Under the pieces are notes generated by a model. The model did not search any database and was not told the DNA's origin. It saw only the letters and a list, made by a program, of their open reading frames with translations. DNA of 48,580 bases from Planctomycetales bacterium (lineage in GTDB: Bacteria > Planctomycetota > Planctomycetia > Pirellulales > Thermoguttaceae): positions 1 through 48,580 of the forward strand of contig SLBP01000069.1 in the NCBI GenBank assembly GCA_007126245.1, given 5' to 3'. Below are positions 24,052-32,889 of the stretch, in pieces. Positions within the stretch are counted from its first letter, which is position 1, and each line of letters begins with the position of its first letter. Both the position numbers and the translations under genes were made by a program.

Positions 24052-25808
24052 CGAATACCTCGCGGCAGTTTGGCCTGGTAGCGGGTGTGCAGGAGTTGGT
24101 GGGCCTTTTCCGAGCCGGGCTCGCCGAGGAAGTTCTCGTAGAGCTCGGCGATGGCGGGGTTCTCGTAGGATTCGCGGAGGGTCTTGCCCTCGTCGATCTG
24201 GTAGAGAGCGCCCCCCCGCTTGCGGAGCAAGTCGGGATCGAGGACCTTCACGCCCCGCGGCGGGTAGGGCTGGCCGCCGCCGCCGACGCAGCCGCCCGGG
24301 CACGCCATGACCTCGATGACGTGGTATTTCTTTGCGCCCGAGGCCACCTGGTCGAGGAGGACCTTGGCGTTTGTCAGGCCGTTGGCCACGCCCACGTGGA
24401 CGTTGTGCTCGCCGATGGCCACGTAGGTCTCGCGAAGCCCTTCCACGGCGCGGACCTCAGTGAACTCGATTCGGGGGCCGGGCTTGCCGGTGATCAGGCG
24501 GCTGGCAGCCCGCAGCGTAGCCTCCATGACGCCTCCCGTGGTGCCGAAGATGTCGCCGGCCCCGCTGGCCGTCCCCAGCGGCGAGTCGAACTCCCCGTCG
24601 GGCAAGGCGCGGAAGCCGACGCCGTAGCACTGGATCATCCAGGTCAGCTCGCGGGTGGTGAGCACGGCGTCGGTGTAAGGGATGCCGGTCTCGTCCACGT
24701 GCTCCTGGCGGGCGGCCTCGTACTTCTTGGCCACGCAGGGCATGACGGCGACCATGAAGACGCGCTTGGGGTCGATCCCCTTTTGCCGGGCGTAATAGGT
24801 TTTGGCGAGCACCGAGAGCATGCTCATCGGCGACTTGCAGGTGGAGGCGTGGGGGACCAGATCGGGGTAGAACTTCTCCAGAAAGTTGATCCATCCGGGA
24901 GAGCAGGAGGTGATCATCGGCAGCGGCCCCTCCTTGAGCCGAGCCAGAAATTCGTGCGCCTCCTCGACGATGGTCAGGTCGGCGCCGAGGTCGGTGTCGA
25001 AGACGGCGTCGAAACCCAGGCGGCGCAGGGCGGTGACCATCTTACCCGTGGCGGGCGTTCCCGGCGCCAGGCCGAAGCCTTCGCCGATGGCCGCGCGGAT
25101 CGAGGGGGCCGTCTGCACGACGACGTGCAGGGCGGGGTCCGCCAGGGCCTGCCAGATGCGTTCCGTGCTGCTCTTTTCCAGGAAGGCGGCCGTGGGGCAG
25201 ACGTTGATGCACTGCCCGCACTGGATGCAGACCGATTCGTCCATCGGCGACAGAGCGGCCGGCCCCACCACGGTCGTGAAGCCGCGGCCGTGCTGGCTCA
25301 AGTTGTAGACCCCCTGCACCTCGGCGCAGACGCGGACGCACCGCCCGCAGAGGATGCACTTCTCCGCGTTGCGGACGACCGAGGCGCTCGAGTCCTCGAG
25401 GGGGAACTGCTTGCGGCGGCCCTCGAAGAGCCGCTCGCGGACGCCCATCGTGTAGGCCATGTTCTGCAGCTCGCAGTTGCCGTCGCGCTCGCAGGTCTGG
25501 CAGTCCTTGGGGTGGTTGTCCAGGATCAGCTCGACGACGTCGCGCCGCGCCTGGCGGATTACCGGGGAGGTCGTCTGCACCTCCATCCCCTCCCAGACCG
25601 CCTGGCTGCACGAGGCCATGAAGTGGCCCATGCCCTTGACGTCGACGATGCAGACCCGGCAGGAGCCGGCTAGGCTCAGGTCGGGGTGGTAGCAGAGGCG
25701 GGGGATGTAGATACCGAGCTGCTCGGCGGCCTCCATGATCGTGGTGCCGGCGGGGACGGTGAGCTCGGTTTCGTCGATCGTGACGCGCACTTGTTGTTTC
25801 TGGGACAT
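24048..25808 (-). CDS. hydA: [FeFe]-hydrogenase catalytic subunit HydA (M3 architecture: 2Fe-2S + His-ligated 4Fe-4S + 2x 4Fe-4S + H-domain)
   Basis: Track ORF. H-cluster motifs: L2 MPCVAKKYE and L3 EVMACPGGCVGGGGQP are canonical. L1 reads TSCSPGW rather than TSCCPxW. N-terminal 2Fe-2S ferredoxin (C..C..C), HPKDCQTCERDGNCELQ, and two CxxCxxCxxxCP motifs are present. Confidence 0.9.
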   Translation of the reverse strand: MSQKQQVRVTIDETELTVPAGTTIMEAAEQLGIYIPRLCYHPDLSLAGSCRVCIVDVKGMGHFMASCSQAVWEGMEVQTTSPVIRQARRDVVELILDNHPKDCQTCERDGNCELQNMAYTMGVRERLFEGRRKQFPLEDSSASVVRNAEKCILCGRCVRVCAEVQGVYNLSQHGRGFTTVVGPAALSPMDESVCIQCGQCINVCPTAAFLEKSSTERIWQALADPALHVVVQTAPSIRAAIGEGFGLAPGTPATGKMVTALRRLGFDAVFDTDLGADLTIVEEAHEFLARLKEGPLPMITSCSPGWINFLEKFYPDLVPHASTCKSPMSMLSVLAKTYYARQKGIDPKRVFMVAVMPCVAKKYEAARQEHVDETGIPYTDAVLTTRELTWMIQCYGVGFRALPDGEFDSPLGTASGAGDIFGTTGGVMEATLRAASRLITGKPGPRIEFTEVRAVEGLRETYVAIGEHNVHVGVANGLTNAKVLLDQVASGAKKYHVIEVMACPGGCVGGGGQPYPPRGVKVLDPDLLRKRGGALYQIDEGKTLRESYENPAIAELYENFLGEPGSEKAHQLLHTRYQAKLPRGIR

Positions 25809-26032
25809 CTTGAGTTATTCGAGAGCGGGTGTCTGCTGCCGATCTTGTTATCCGATCATTCCTTGGCCTCGCCTGGCAAGCCGTTTCAGGTTGTTGATCC
25901 AGGAAGCAAAATGGGGACAAGCCTCGCAAATGCCATGCAGGCCAACCACGTGAGTGGCCGGCGGCCCCACGGCGACCTTCGATCCTGGAAATGCCGGCAA
26001 TGCCCGAATGATTCGTTTCGAGGGAGTCCTCC

Positions 26033-28240
26033 TCAAGTCCGCAGCACCGCGTCGAAGCGGCAGACCTCGAAGCAGCGGCCGCACTTGATGCAGCGGTCCT
26101 GGTCGATGACGTGGACCTCGCGGCGGTTGCCGTCGATGCAGTCCACCGGGCAGTTCTTCGCGCAGACGGTGCAGCCGACGCACTTCTCTTCGCTGATCTC
26201 GTAGTGGATCAGGGCCACGCACTTTCGCGAGGGACACCGCTTGTCGACGACGTGTGCCCGGAATTCCTCCCGGAAGTGCTCCAGCGTGCTCAGCACGGGA
26301 TTGGGCGCCGCACGCCCCAGCCCGCAGAGGGAGGCGTTCTTCACCAGGCGGGCCAGCCTCTCCAGTCGATCGAGGTCCTCCTCGGTGCCCTGCCCCCCCG
26401 TGATCCGTTCGAGCATCTCCAGCATCCGCGTAGTTCCCTCCCGGCAGGGAGTGCATTTGCCGCACGACTCGTCCTCGGAGAAGGTGATGAAGAACTTGGC
26501 GATGTCCACCATGCAGTCGTCTTCGTCCAAGGCGATCATGCCCCCGCTGCCCATGATGGAGCCGGCTTGGGCCAGGGTGTCGAAGTCGATGGAGGTGTCG
26601 AGCCAGGCGGCGGGGATGCAGCCGCCCGCCGGGCCCCCTGTCTGCACTGCCTTGAGCTGCTTGCCGTCGGCCATTCCCCCGCCGATCTCGTAGATCACCT
26701 CCCGCAGCGTGGTGCCGATGGGCACCTCGATGAGCCCGGTGTGTCGGATCTTGCCGGCCAAGGCGAAGACCTTCGTCCCCCCGCTCCGTTCGCTCCCCAG
26801 GCGGCTGAACCAGCCGGCGCCGTAGTTGATCACGGCGGTGGCGTTGGCGAAGGTCTCCACGTTGTTGATCACGGTGGGCTTGCCCCAGAGGCCGACCTCG
26901 GTCGGGTAGGGGGGGCGTACTCGCGGCTGGCCGCGCTCGCCCTCGATGGAGTGAATCAGCGCCGTCTCCTCGCCGCACACGAAGGCCCCCGCCCCGAGGC
27001 GGATCTCCAGGTCGAAATCGAACCCGGAGCCGAGGATGTTCTTACCCAGCAACCCCCATTCACGGCATGCCTCGATGGCTCGGCCAATCCGCTCGATGGC
27101 CAAAGGATACTCGGCACGGATATAGAAGAAGCCCCGCCGGGCGCCGATCGCAAAGCCGCCGATGATCATCCCCTCGATGACGTTCAAGGGATCCGACTCG
27201 AGCATGCTCCGGTCCATGAAGGCGCCGGGATCTCCTTCGTCGGCGTTGCAGATGATGTACCGGGTCTTCTCCGGCGCGGCAGCCGCCATGGACCATTTGG
27301 TGCCCGTCGGATATCCCCCGCCGCCTCGTCCGCGGAGGCGAGAGCGGGTGATCTCGTCGATGACCCACTTGGGATCGTTCTTCTCCAGCACGTGAGCCAA
27401 CGCCTGGAAGCCGCGGAAATGAAAGTATTCTTCGATGCTTGTCGGGTCGAGGACGCCGTTGTGACGCAGGGCTACCCGCGTCTGACGGTTGAAGAAGGCC
27501 ACGTCGCCGTAGAGCTCGAAGAATTTCCGGCCCACGGTCTTCTCGGCCACCTTGAGCCGATCGACAATCCTCCCCTTCTCCACGTGCTCATCGAGGATTT
27601 CGTCCAAGTCCGCGCGGTCGGTGATGCGATACAGGACTTTGTCGGGGCGAACCAGCAGGTGGGCCGTACGGCCCATCTCCGCCATGCCGCAGGCGCCGAA
27701 GCAGCTTGCCGGCGTAACGCGGACATCCCCCGGCGAGACCCCCCTCTCGCGGAGCTTCTCTTTGAGTACCTGGCGGAACGGCTCCGGGTCGGCCCAGCCA
27801 CAGCGGTGGCTTCCACAGGAGAGAAGCTCGTAGCGGGCGACCCCCTCGATCGGACCATCGAGCACATGGTCCAGAAGCGGTTCCCCCGCCAGGACGTGGC
27901 GCGTAAAGATCGGGTGCACCAGCTCGCGATCGACCAGTTCATACTTCACCGGCATCTTCCCCGGCATGAAGACGGAGACGATCGGCTCCCGGCTGCAGCG
28001 CCCCGTGCAGCCGGTCTGGTGAAGGACGATATCTTCCCGCCCGGAGGCGGCGATGTGCTTGCGGAACTCCTCGAAGACCGTCCGCGAGCCGGCGGCGTGC
28101 TCGCAGGTGGCTGAGCCGACCTGGACGACGATCTTCTCGGAGAGGGCACGCTGGCGGCGGTATTCGCCGGCACGAGCGAGCAGGGATTCGTATTGTTGAA
28201 CGACGGTACTGGTCACCTCGGCCCTCTCGGAAAGAGACAC
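26033..28240 (-). CDS. NuoF-like NAD(P)H-binding flavoprotein subunit of multimeric [FeFe]-hydrogenase (HydB/HndC-type) with extra N-terminal thioredoxin-like domains and C-terminal 2x[4Fe-4S]
   Basis: Track ORF with a GTG start. Motifs: GRGGGGYPTG (FMN/NADH), ESCGKCTPCREG (N3 cluster), C-terminal CVGCTVCAKNCP and CIKCGRCFEVC. Confidence 0.9.
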   Translation of the reverse strand: MSLSERAEVTSTVVQQYESLLARAGEYRRQRALSEKIVVQVGSATCEHAAGSRTVFEEFRKHIAASGREDIVLHQTGCTGRCSREPIVSVFMPGKMPVKYELVDRELVHPIFTRHVLAGEPLLDHVLDGPIEGVARYELLSCGSHRCGWADPEPFRQVLKEKLRERGVSPGDVRVTPASCFGACGMAEMGRTAHLLVRPDKVLYRITDRADLDEILDEHVEKGRIVDRLKVAEKTVGRKFFELYGDVAFFNRQTRVALRHNGVLDPTSIEEYFHFRGFQALAHVLEKNDPKWVIDEITRSRLRGRGGGGYPTGTKWSMAAAAPEKTRYIICNADEGDPGAFMDRSMLESDPLNVIEGMIIGGFAIGARRGFFYIRAEYPLAIERIGRAIEACREWGLLGKNILGSGFDFDLEIRLGAGAFVCGEETALIHSIEGERGQPRVRPPYPTEVGLWGKPTVINNVETFANATAVINYGAGWFSRLGSERSGGTKVFALAGKIRHTGLIEVPIGTTLREVIYEIGGGMADGKQLKAVQTGGPAGGCIPAAWLDTSIDFDTLAQAGSIMGSGGMIALDEDDCMVDIAKFFITFSEDESCGKCTPCREGTTRMLEMLERITGGQGTEEDLDRLERLARLVKNASLCGLGRAAPNPVLSTLEHFREEFRAHVVDKRCPSRKCVALIHYEISEEKCVGCTVCAKNCPVDCIDGNRREVHVIDQDRCIKCGRCFEVCRFDAVLRT

Positions 28241-28536
28241 GGCCGAATTGAAGGGCCGTGGCAGAATCGCTCGAACTCAACGTTGCCCCCCTCTCGCGGG
28301 GGTTCGCCAAGCGACGGCCACCCTTCCAAGGGGGTGGGGCTGAATGCACCTGCATCCGCGCCCCACGCACGCCCTCGGGATAGTCCAGGACAACGCCATT
28401 GAAACCCCATTTCAACAGTTCCGCTCTTATTTGCAAGCCCCACTGACAAAGAAGGCGGTCGCCATCACGATCGAGGGCAAGAAACCACCAGCCGGGAGGA
28501 AGCGTGGGAGGAAACCCGGATGGGGGGATGAGACGG

Positions 28537-28887
28537 TCATCGACATGGTCCTGCACCTTCCTCCTTCTCGCCGAGCATGTTGCGATCGGTGGTGGGGCGG
28601 AGACGCGTCGGCAGGTAGTCGCTGCCCAGGTTGTGAACGTGAACGTGCTCGCCGGGCGCGATCGCCCGGGTGGCCGATCCGATCGCGGCGGCGTGCTTGA
28701 GGACCTTCTCCCCGGCCGCAATAGGCCGCAGCGCGATCTTGTGGCCGCTGGGGATCGGCTCGACCGCCGTAACCGCGGTTCGGCCGACCTTTAGCTTCTC
28801 ACCGGGCGCGAGGGCCCGCACGGCCACTCCCACGTTGTCTTCGGCCGCCAGGTGGACGAGGGGGGCGGGTGAGGTTGATCGGTTCAT
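28537..28887 (-). CDS. SAF-domain protein resembling the N-terminal/small subunit of UxaA-family (altronate/galactarate) dehydratases
   Basis: Track ORF. The core VHLAAEDNVGVAVRALAPGEKL...AVEPIPSGHKIALRPIAAGEKVLKHAAAIGSATRAIAPGEHVHVHN matches the SAF/UxaA N-domain pattern. No large-subunit partner is adjacent. Confidence 0.55.
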   Translation of the reverse strand: MNRSTSPAPLVHLAAEDNVGVAVRALAPGEKLKVGRTAVTAVEPIPSGHKIALRPIAAGEKVLKHAAAIGSATRAIAPGEHVHVHNLGSDYLPTRLRPTTDRNMLGEKEEGAGPCR

Positions 28888-28974
28888 CGAAACGGTGAAG
28901 GGAAAGGGGGCGCGGCCATCGTCACCGCTCTTCCGCCTTGTCTCTCCGCCCTCGGCGCGTTGCGCTTGGGGCAG

Positions 28975-29820
28975 TCAGGCGATCAGTTCGCGGAGAAAGC
29001 GGACGCTCTGGCGGATGTTCTCGTCGGCGCCGTAGCACTCGATGGATAGAACGCCGTCCCAGTCGGTAACCTTGAGATACTCGATGCACTGGCGGATGTT
29101 CTCGGCGTTTACGCCCCCACCGATGGGCACCTCGCTGGTGGCGATACCCGTCTCCTCGCCGCGGACGGCGGCGGCGAGCTGGGGGCTGACGTCCTTGATA
29201 TGGGCATGGGAGAGGTACTTGCGGAAGCGCTTGAGATACTCGAGCGGGTCGTTGCCCGAGATGAACGTGTTGCCGGTGTCGAAGTTGAATCGCAGGTGGG
29301 GAGATTCGAAGTGGGCAAAGAGGCGTTCGAGGAAATCGCCGTTGGTGGTGTAGGGGCCGTGGGTCTCGACGTTGACAATCACATCGTAGTCTTCGGCCCA
29401 GGCGAGGCACTGGCGGTAGTTGTCCACAGTGATCCGAAAGACCTCCTCGTCGGAGTAGCCTTCGGTCTTCATGGCTCCGTCGGTGGTGTCCACGATGGGG
29501 CAACCGATTTCGGCGGCGAAGCGGATGGCCTGCTGCACGTAGGGGACCGCCCAGCTCGACCCTTCCGGCCCCATCATCGGGAAGGCGGCGTCGATCTGCG
29601 AGACGTTCAGGCCTTTTTCGTCGAGAAGGCGGCGGAGCCGGCGGGGGTTGGAGAAGAGAGAGACGGACGGGTCGTAGCCCAGTCCGTGGACGAAGTACTG
29701 GCCGTAGATGACGCCGAATTCGATGTGTTTCAGGGCGTTCTGGAGTGCGGAATCGACGGCCGCCTGGAAATTCCCGCTGAGCGTCCGCCAATTGTCGGTA
29801 TGCATGCCCAGTTCGATCAT
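28975..29820 (-). CDS. sugar phosphate isomerase/epimerase (xylose-isomerase-like TIM barrel)
   Basis: Track ORF. GGGAGA SD upstream. TIM-barrel metal-site pattern: VETHGPYTTNG, FNFDTGN, HIKD. Confidence 0.75.
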   Translation of the reverse strand: MIELGMHTDNWRTLSGNFQAAVDSALQNALKHIEFGVIYGQYFVHGLGYDPSVSLFSNPRRLRRLLDEKGLNVSQIDAAFPMMGPEGSSWAVPYVQQAIRFAAEIGCPIVDTTDGAMKTEGYSDEEVFRITVDNYRQCLAWAEDYDVIVNVETHGPYTTNGDFLERLFAHFESPHLRFNFDTGNTFISGNDPLEYLKRFRKYLSHAHIKDVSPQLAAAVRGEETGIATSEVPIGGGVNAENIRQCIEYLKVTDWDGVLSIECYGADENIRQSVRFLRELIA

Positions 29821-30058
29821 CGTCGCTTCTCCCTGCGTTGAGTTTCGCCCCGAATCGGGAAACCGCCACCTGCCGCCCCGACCGCCTCTTAAGATAACAA
29901 TCCCCCCCTCCCGCGCCCACGGGAGCCCGGTGAGGCGGGCATCGGAGGCCGACTTCTCCGGTTCGCCGCCGTTTCCGCGCCGTGGCCCAGCCGCTGGTCG
30001 ACCGCCCTGAGAGACGATTGGCGGTCCAGCGATGCGCGGATACGCAGCGAGCCGCCCG

Positions 30059-30274
30059 GTAACCGTTCACGGGGGACCGTCCCGGTTTTCGCGGCCTAGA
30101 GAGTATTCCTCGTGGACAACGCGATTCGGCCGCGAAAATGGGACTGTCCCCTTCGCCCGGTCGCCGCGGCACGGTAGGGGGACGGGTCCATTTTTCGGGC
30201 GTCGGCGGTCGCTAAAGGCAGGGTCTATTGGCCGAAAAATGGACCCGTCCCCGGCCGGCGCGTGAACGGTTACG
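30059..30274. mobile_element. 216-bp MITE-like element: 12-13 bp terminal inverted repeats (GGTAACCGTTCAC / GTGAACGGTTAC) enclosing two long hairpins; flanked by GCCGCCC direct repeat
   Basis: Read directly. Left inverted repeat 30059-30071, right inverted repeat 30263-30274. Hairpin A: 30073-30096 pairs with 30128-30150, imperfectly. Hairpin B: 30177-30199 (GGGGACGGGTCCATTTTTCGG) pairs with 30231-30251 (CCGAAAAATGGACCCGTCCCC), around a ~31-nt loop. GCCGCCC occurs at 30052-30058 and again at 30275-30281. A related partial copy lies at 19522-19655. Confidence 0.5.
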
Positions 30275-30311
30275 CCGCCCGGTCGATTTGACATATTGGT
30301 GGAGACTTCCC

Positions 30312-30542
30312 ATGATAGATGGTTGTCGCTCCGTTGGGGGGCGGGATTCGGCAGCGTTGATCCTTAGCCGGCGGGCTGTTGAAGTTGCGGCGGCGTTGGA
30401 GCGCAAGATTGATCGCGGTGTGTCGAATCCTCCCTTGGACGAGCATATGGGGCCCGAGACCGCAATCCCCGTTGGCAGTGGGGGCTTCGCCCGGTTCGGC
30501 GCGTGCCGAGCCGGCGGGGTTTCGTGGAAGGTGAAGCGATGA
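30312..30542 (+). CDS. possible small ORF (76 aa) translationally coupled to the NfeD gene
   Basis: In-frame ATG inside track ORF 30228..30542. Its stop overlaps the NfeD start in an ATGA arrangement. It has no recognisable domain, and its third-position GC is lower than in neighbouring genes. This is a speculative call. Confidence 0.2.
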   Translation: MIDGCRSVGGRDSAALILSRRAVEVAAALERKIDRGVSNPPLDEHMGPETAIPVGSGGFARFGACRAGGVSWKVKR

Positions 30543-31150
30543 CGACCATATTCCTGATTTGCGCGGTTGTGGGGGGCACCGTTCTGGTCGCCCAGTTCGT
30601 GATGACGCTCATCGGACTCGGCGGCGACGCCCTGGGGGTCGACTTGCCGGGCGATCTGGACGGCGAGCCCGACTCGGTCTTTTCGGGAGACGGCTTGGCG
30701 GGAGCCCAGGGGGATCCAGGGGCGATCTTCCGGATCCTCTCGTTTCGAACCGTGGTAGCCGCCCTGGCCTTCTTCGGCATCGGCGGGCTGGCCGCGGATT
30801 CGATCGGCGCCTCACCGGCGGCGACTCTCCTCGTGGCCACCGGCAGCGGGGCGCTGGCCCTTGTGGCAGTCTACTGGCTCATGCGAGGGGTATGCTCGTT
30901 GAAATCCGACGGCACGGCGCGGATCGAGCGGACCGTCGGGCGGCACGGTACGGTCTACGTGAGCATCCCCGCCAGACGGGACGGCTCCGGGAAGATCCAG
31001 ATGAACCTGCAGAACCGGACCATGGAGTTCGATGCGGTGACGGACGGCGCCCGGCTTGTTCCGGGAGCTAAAGTTATGGTGGTCGACGTGGTCACCCCCT
31101 CCACCGTCGCCGTGGAACCGATCGAAGCGCGCGAAAGGAACGAGGTATGA
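30539..31150 (+). CDS. NfeD-family membrane protein (flotillin partner; TM helices + C-terminal OB-fold)
   Basis: Track ORF 30503..31150, with the start at ATG 30539 (MTTIFLICAVVGGTVLVAQFVMTLIGLGG). Hydrophobic helices, then a beta-rich C-terminus (GTVYVSIPARRDGSGKIQMNLQNRTMEFDAVTDG..KVMVVDV). Its stop overlaps the flotillin start (ATGA). Confidence 0.7.
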   Translation: MTTIFLICAVVGGTVLVAQFVMTLIGLGGDALGVDLPGDLDGEPDSVFSGDGLAGAQGDPGAIFRILSFRTVVAALAFFGIGGLAADSIGASPAATLLVATGSGALALVAVYWLMRGVCSLKSDGTARIERTVGRHGTVYVSIPARRDGSGKIQMNLQNRTMEFDAVTDGARLVPGAKVMVVDVVTPSTVAVEPIEARERNEV

Positions 31151-32778
31151 GTGTCGTTGCAAATCTTGCTCTGGTGCCGGGCCTCTCGGCGTTCCAGTTC
31201 TGGATGGCCGTGGGGCTCGTGCTGGTGGTGATCGTGGTCCTGGGGACCGTGCTGTTCGTTGCCCAGCAGTACAAGCGCTGTCCGAGCAACCGGGTGCTCG
31301 TCGTCTTCGGGAAGACGCGGAAGTCCGACGCGGCCGAGTGCGTCCACGGGGGGGCCCGGTTCGTTTGGCCGTTGATCCAGGACTACTCCTGGCTGAGCCT
31401 GGAGCCGATGCAGATCGAGATTCCCCTGCGCGGGGCGCTCTCGATGGAGAATATCCGCGTCAACGTCCCCAGTGTCTTTACGGTGGCCGTGGGGACCACC
31501 ACGGAGCTGATGCAGAATGGGGCTATTCGCCTATTGGGGCTGTCCGGAGCGGAGATCCGCAAGCAGGCCGAGGACATCATCTTCGGCCAGCTCCGCCAGG
31601 TGATCGCTTCGATGAACATCGAGGATATCAACCGCGACCGCGACCTCTTCCTCTCCAACATCCAGTCCTCGCTGGAGCCGGAGCTGCGGAAGATCGGCCT
31701 GGTGCTGATCAACGTGAACATCACGGACATCACCGACGAGTCGGGCTACATCGAGGCCATCGGGCAGAAGGCGGCCTCGCAGGCCATCCAGAAGGCCCGC
31801 GGCGACGTGGCCGAGAACGAGAAGATGGGCGAGATCGCCGTCGCCGAGGCGGAGCGCGAGAAGTACGTCAGCGTGGCCAATGCCAACAAGGTCCGCGAGA
31901 TCGGCACCCGCGAGGCGCAGCGCGACCAGGCGATCCGGGTGGCAGAGATGGACCGCGATCAGAAAGTGGCCGAGGAGCGCGCCGCCCTGGTCCGCGACGC
32001 CCAGGTGAAGGAGTCCGAGCGCGATACCCGCGTGCAGATGGCCGATGCCGAAGCTCGGGCCATCGAGGGGGAAAACACCGCCCAGGGCGACATCGCCGCT
32101 TCGCAGGCTACGCTTCAGGTGAAGCGCGCCGAGGCCTTCGAGGTGGGCGAGACGCGCAAGGCCCAGGCCGAGGCCTCCGTGCTCGAGGCGGGGCACCTGG
32201 CCCAGACGCGGGCCGCCGTGGCCGAGGCCCAACGGATCGAGGCCGAACGCCGCGCCGAGCTGGAAGCCCCCGCCAAGGCCGAACGGGCCAAGATCGAGGT
32301 CGAGGCCGAGGCGGAGGCCGCCAAATGCCGCATCGAGGCCGAGGGCGAGGCCCAGGCCATCTTCGCCCGTCTCGATGCCGAGGCCCGCGGCCAGTACGAG
32401 GTTCTCGCCAAGAAGGGCGACGGCCTGCAGCGGATCATCGATGCCTGCGGGGGCGCCGAACCGGCCTTCAAGATGCTGCTGCTGGAACACTTCGATCACC
32501 TGGTCGACGCCTCGGCCAAGGCGATTTCGAACATCCGCTTCGATAAGGTCGTCGTCTGGGACGCCGCCGGGACCAACGGCAACAGCAGCACGGCGAGCTT
32601 CCTCCACAACATGGCCCGCACGCTGCCGCCGATGATGCAGGTCCTCAAGGACGTTGGCGGAGTCGATATCCCCGAAACGCTGGTGGACTTCAATCTCAAG
32701 TCCGGGGGTGACGCTGCCGCCAAGACGAGTGAGGACGCCGCCAAGCAAAGTGCGGAGGCCGAGGCGCCGAATCCGTAA
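31147..32778 (+). CDS. flotillin-like SPFH/band-7 protein
   Basis: Track ORF. N-terminal TM helix, SPFH domain, and a long coiled-coil rich in AEAE/EAQ repeats typical of flotillins. Confidence 0.9.
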   Translation: MSVVANLALVPGLSAFQFWMAVGLVLVVIVVLGTVLFVAQQYKRCPSNRVLVVFGKTRKSDAAECVHGGARFVWPLIQDYSWLSLEPMQIEIPLRGALSMENIRVNVPSVFTVAVGTTTELMQNGAIRLLGLSGAEIRKQAEDIIFGQLRQVIASMNIEDINRDRDLFLSNIQSSLEPELRKIGLVLINVNITDITDESGYIEAIGQKAASQAIQKARGDVAENEKMGEIAVAEAEREKYVSVANANKVREIGTREAQRDQAIRVAEMDRDQKVAEERAALVRDAQVKESERDTRVQMADAEARAIEGENTAQGDIAASQATLQVKRAEAFEVGETRKAQAEASVLEAGHLAQTRAAVAEAQRIEAERRAELEAPAKAERAKIEVEAEAEAAKCRIEAEGEAQAIFARLDAEARGQYEVLAKKGDGLQRIIDACGGAEPAFKMLLLEHFDHLVDASAKAISNIRFDKVVVWDAAGTNGNSSTASFLHNMARTLPPMMQVLKDVGGVDIPETLVDFNLKSGGDAAAKTSEDAAKQSAEAEAPNP

Positions 32779-32889
32779 CGGCCGCGAGGATTTCCCGGAC
32801 GAGGGACCCTGCCGCTCCCCCGGACGCGGCCGCACGCGACTTGCCCGCGAACCGGGCCGAGGCATCAGGTGGCCGGAGCCGACCCGGCG

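Noticed and set aside
25848-26978. 376-aa minus-strand ORF
   Set aside because: It is an out-of-frame overlap with the 3' half of the NuoF-like hydrogenase subunit gene and has no motifs.
28922-30172. 416-aa minus-strand ORF
   Set aside because: It overlaps the sugar-phosphate isomerase in another frame and then runs through the intergenic element. Its composition is Arg/Pro-rich nonsense.
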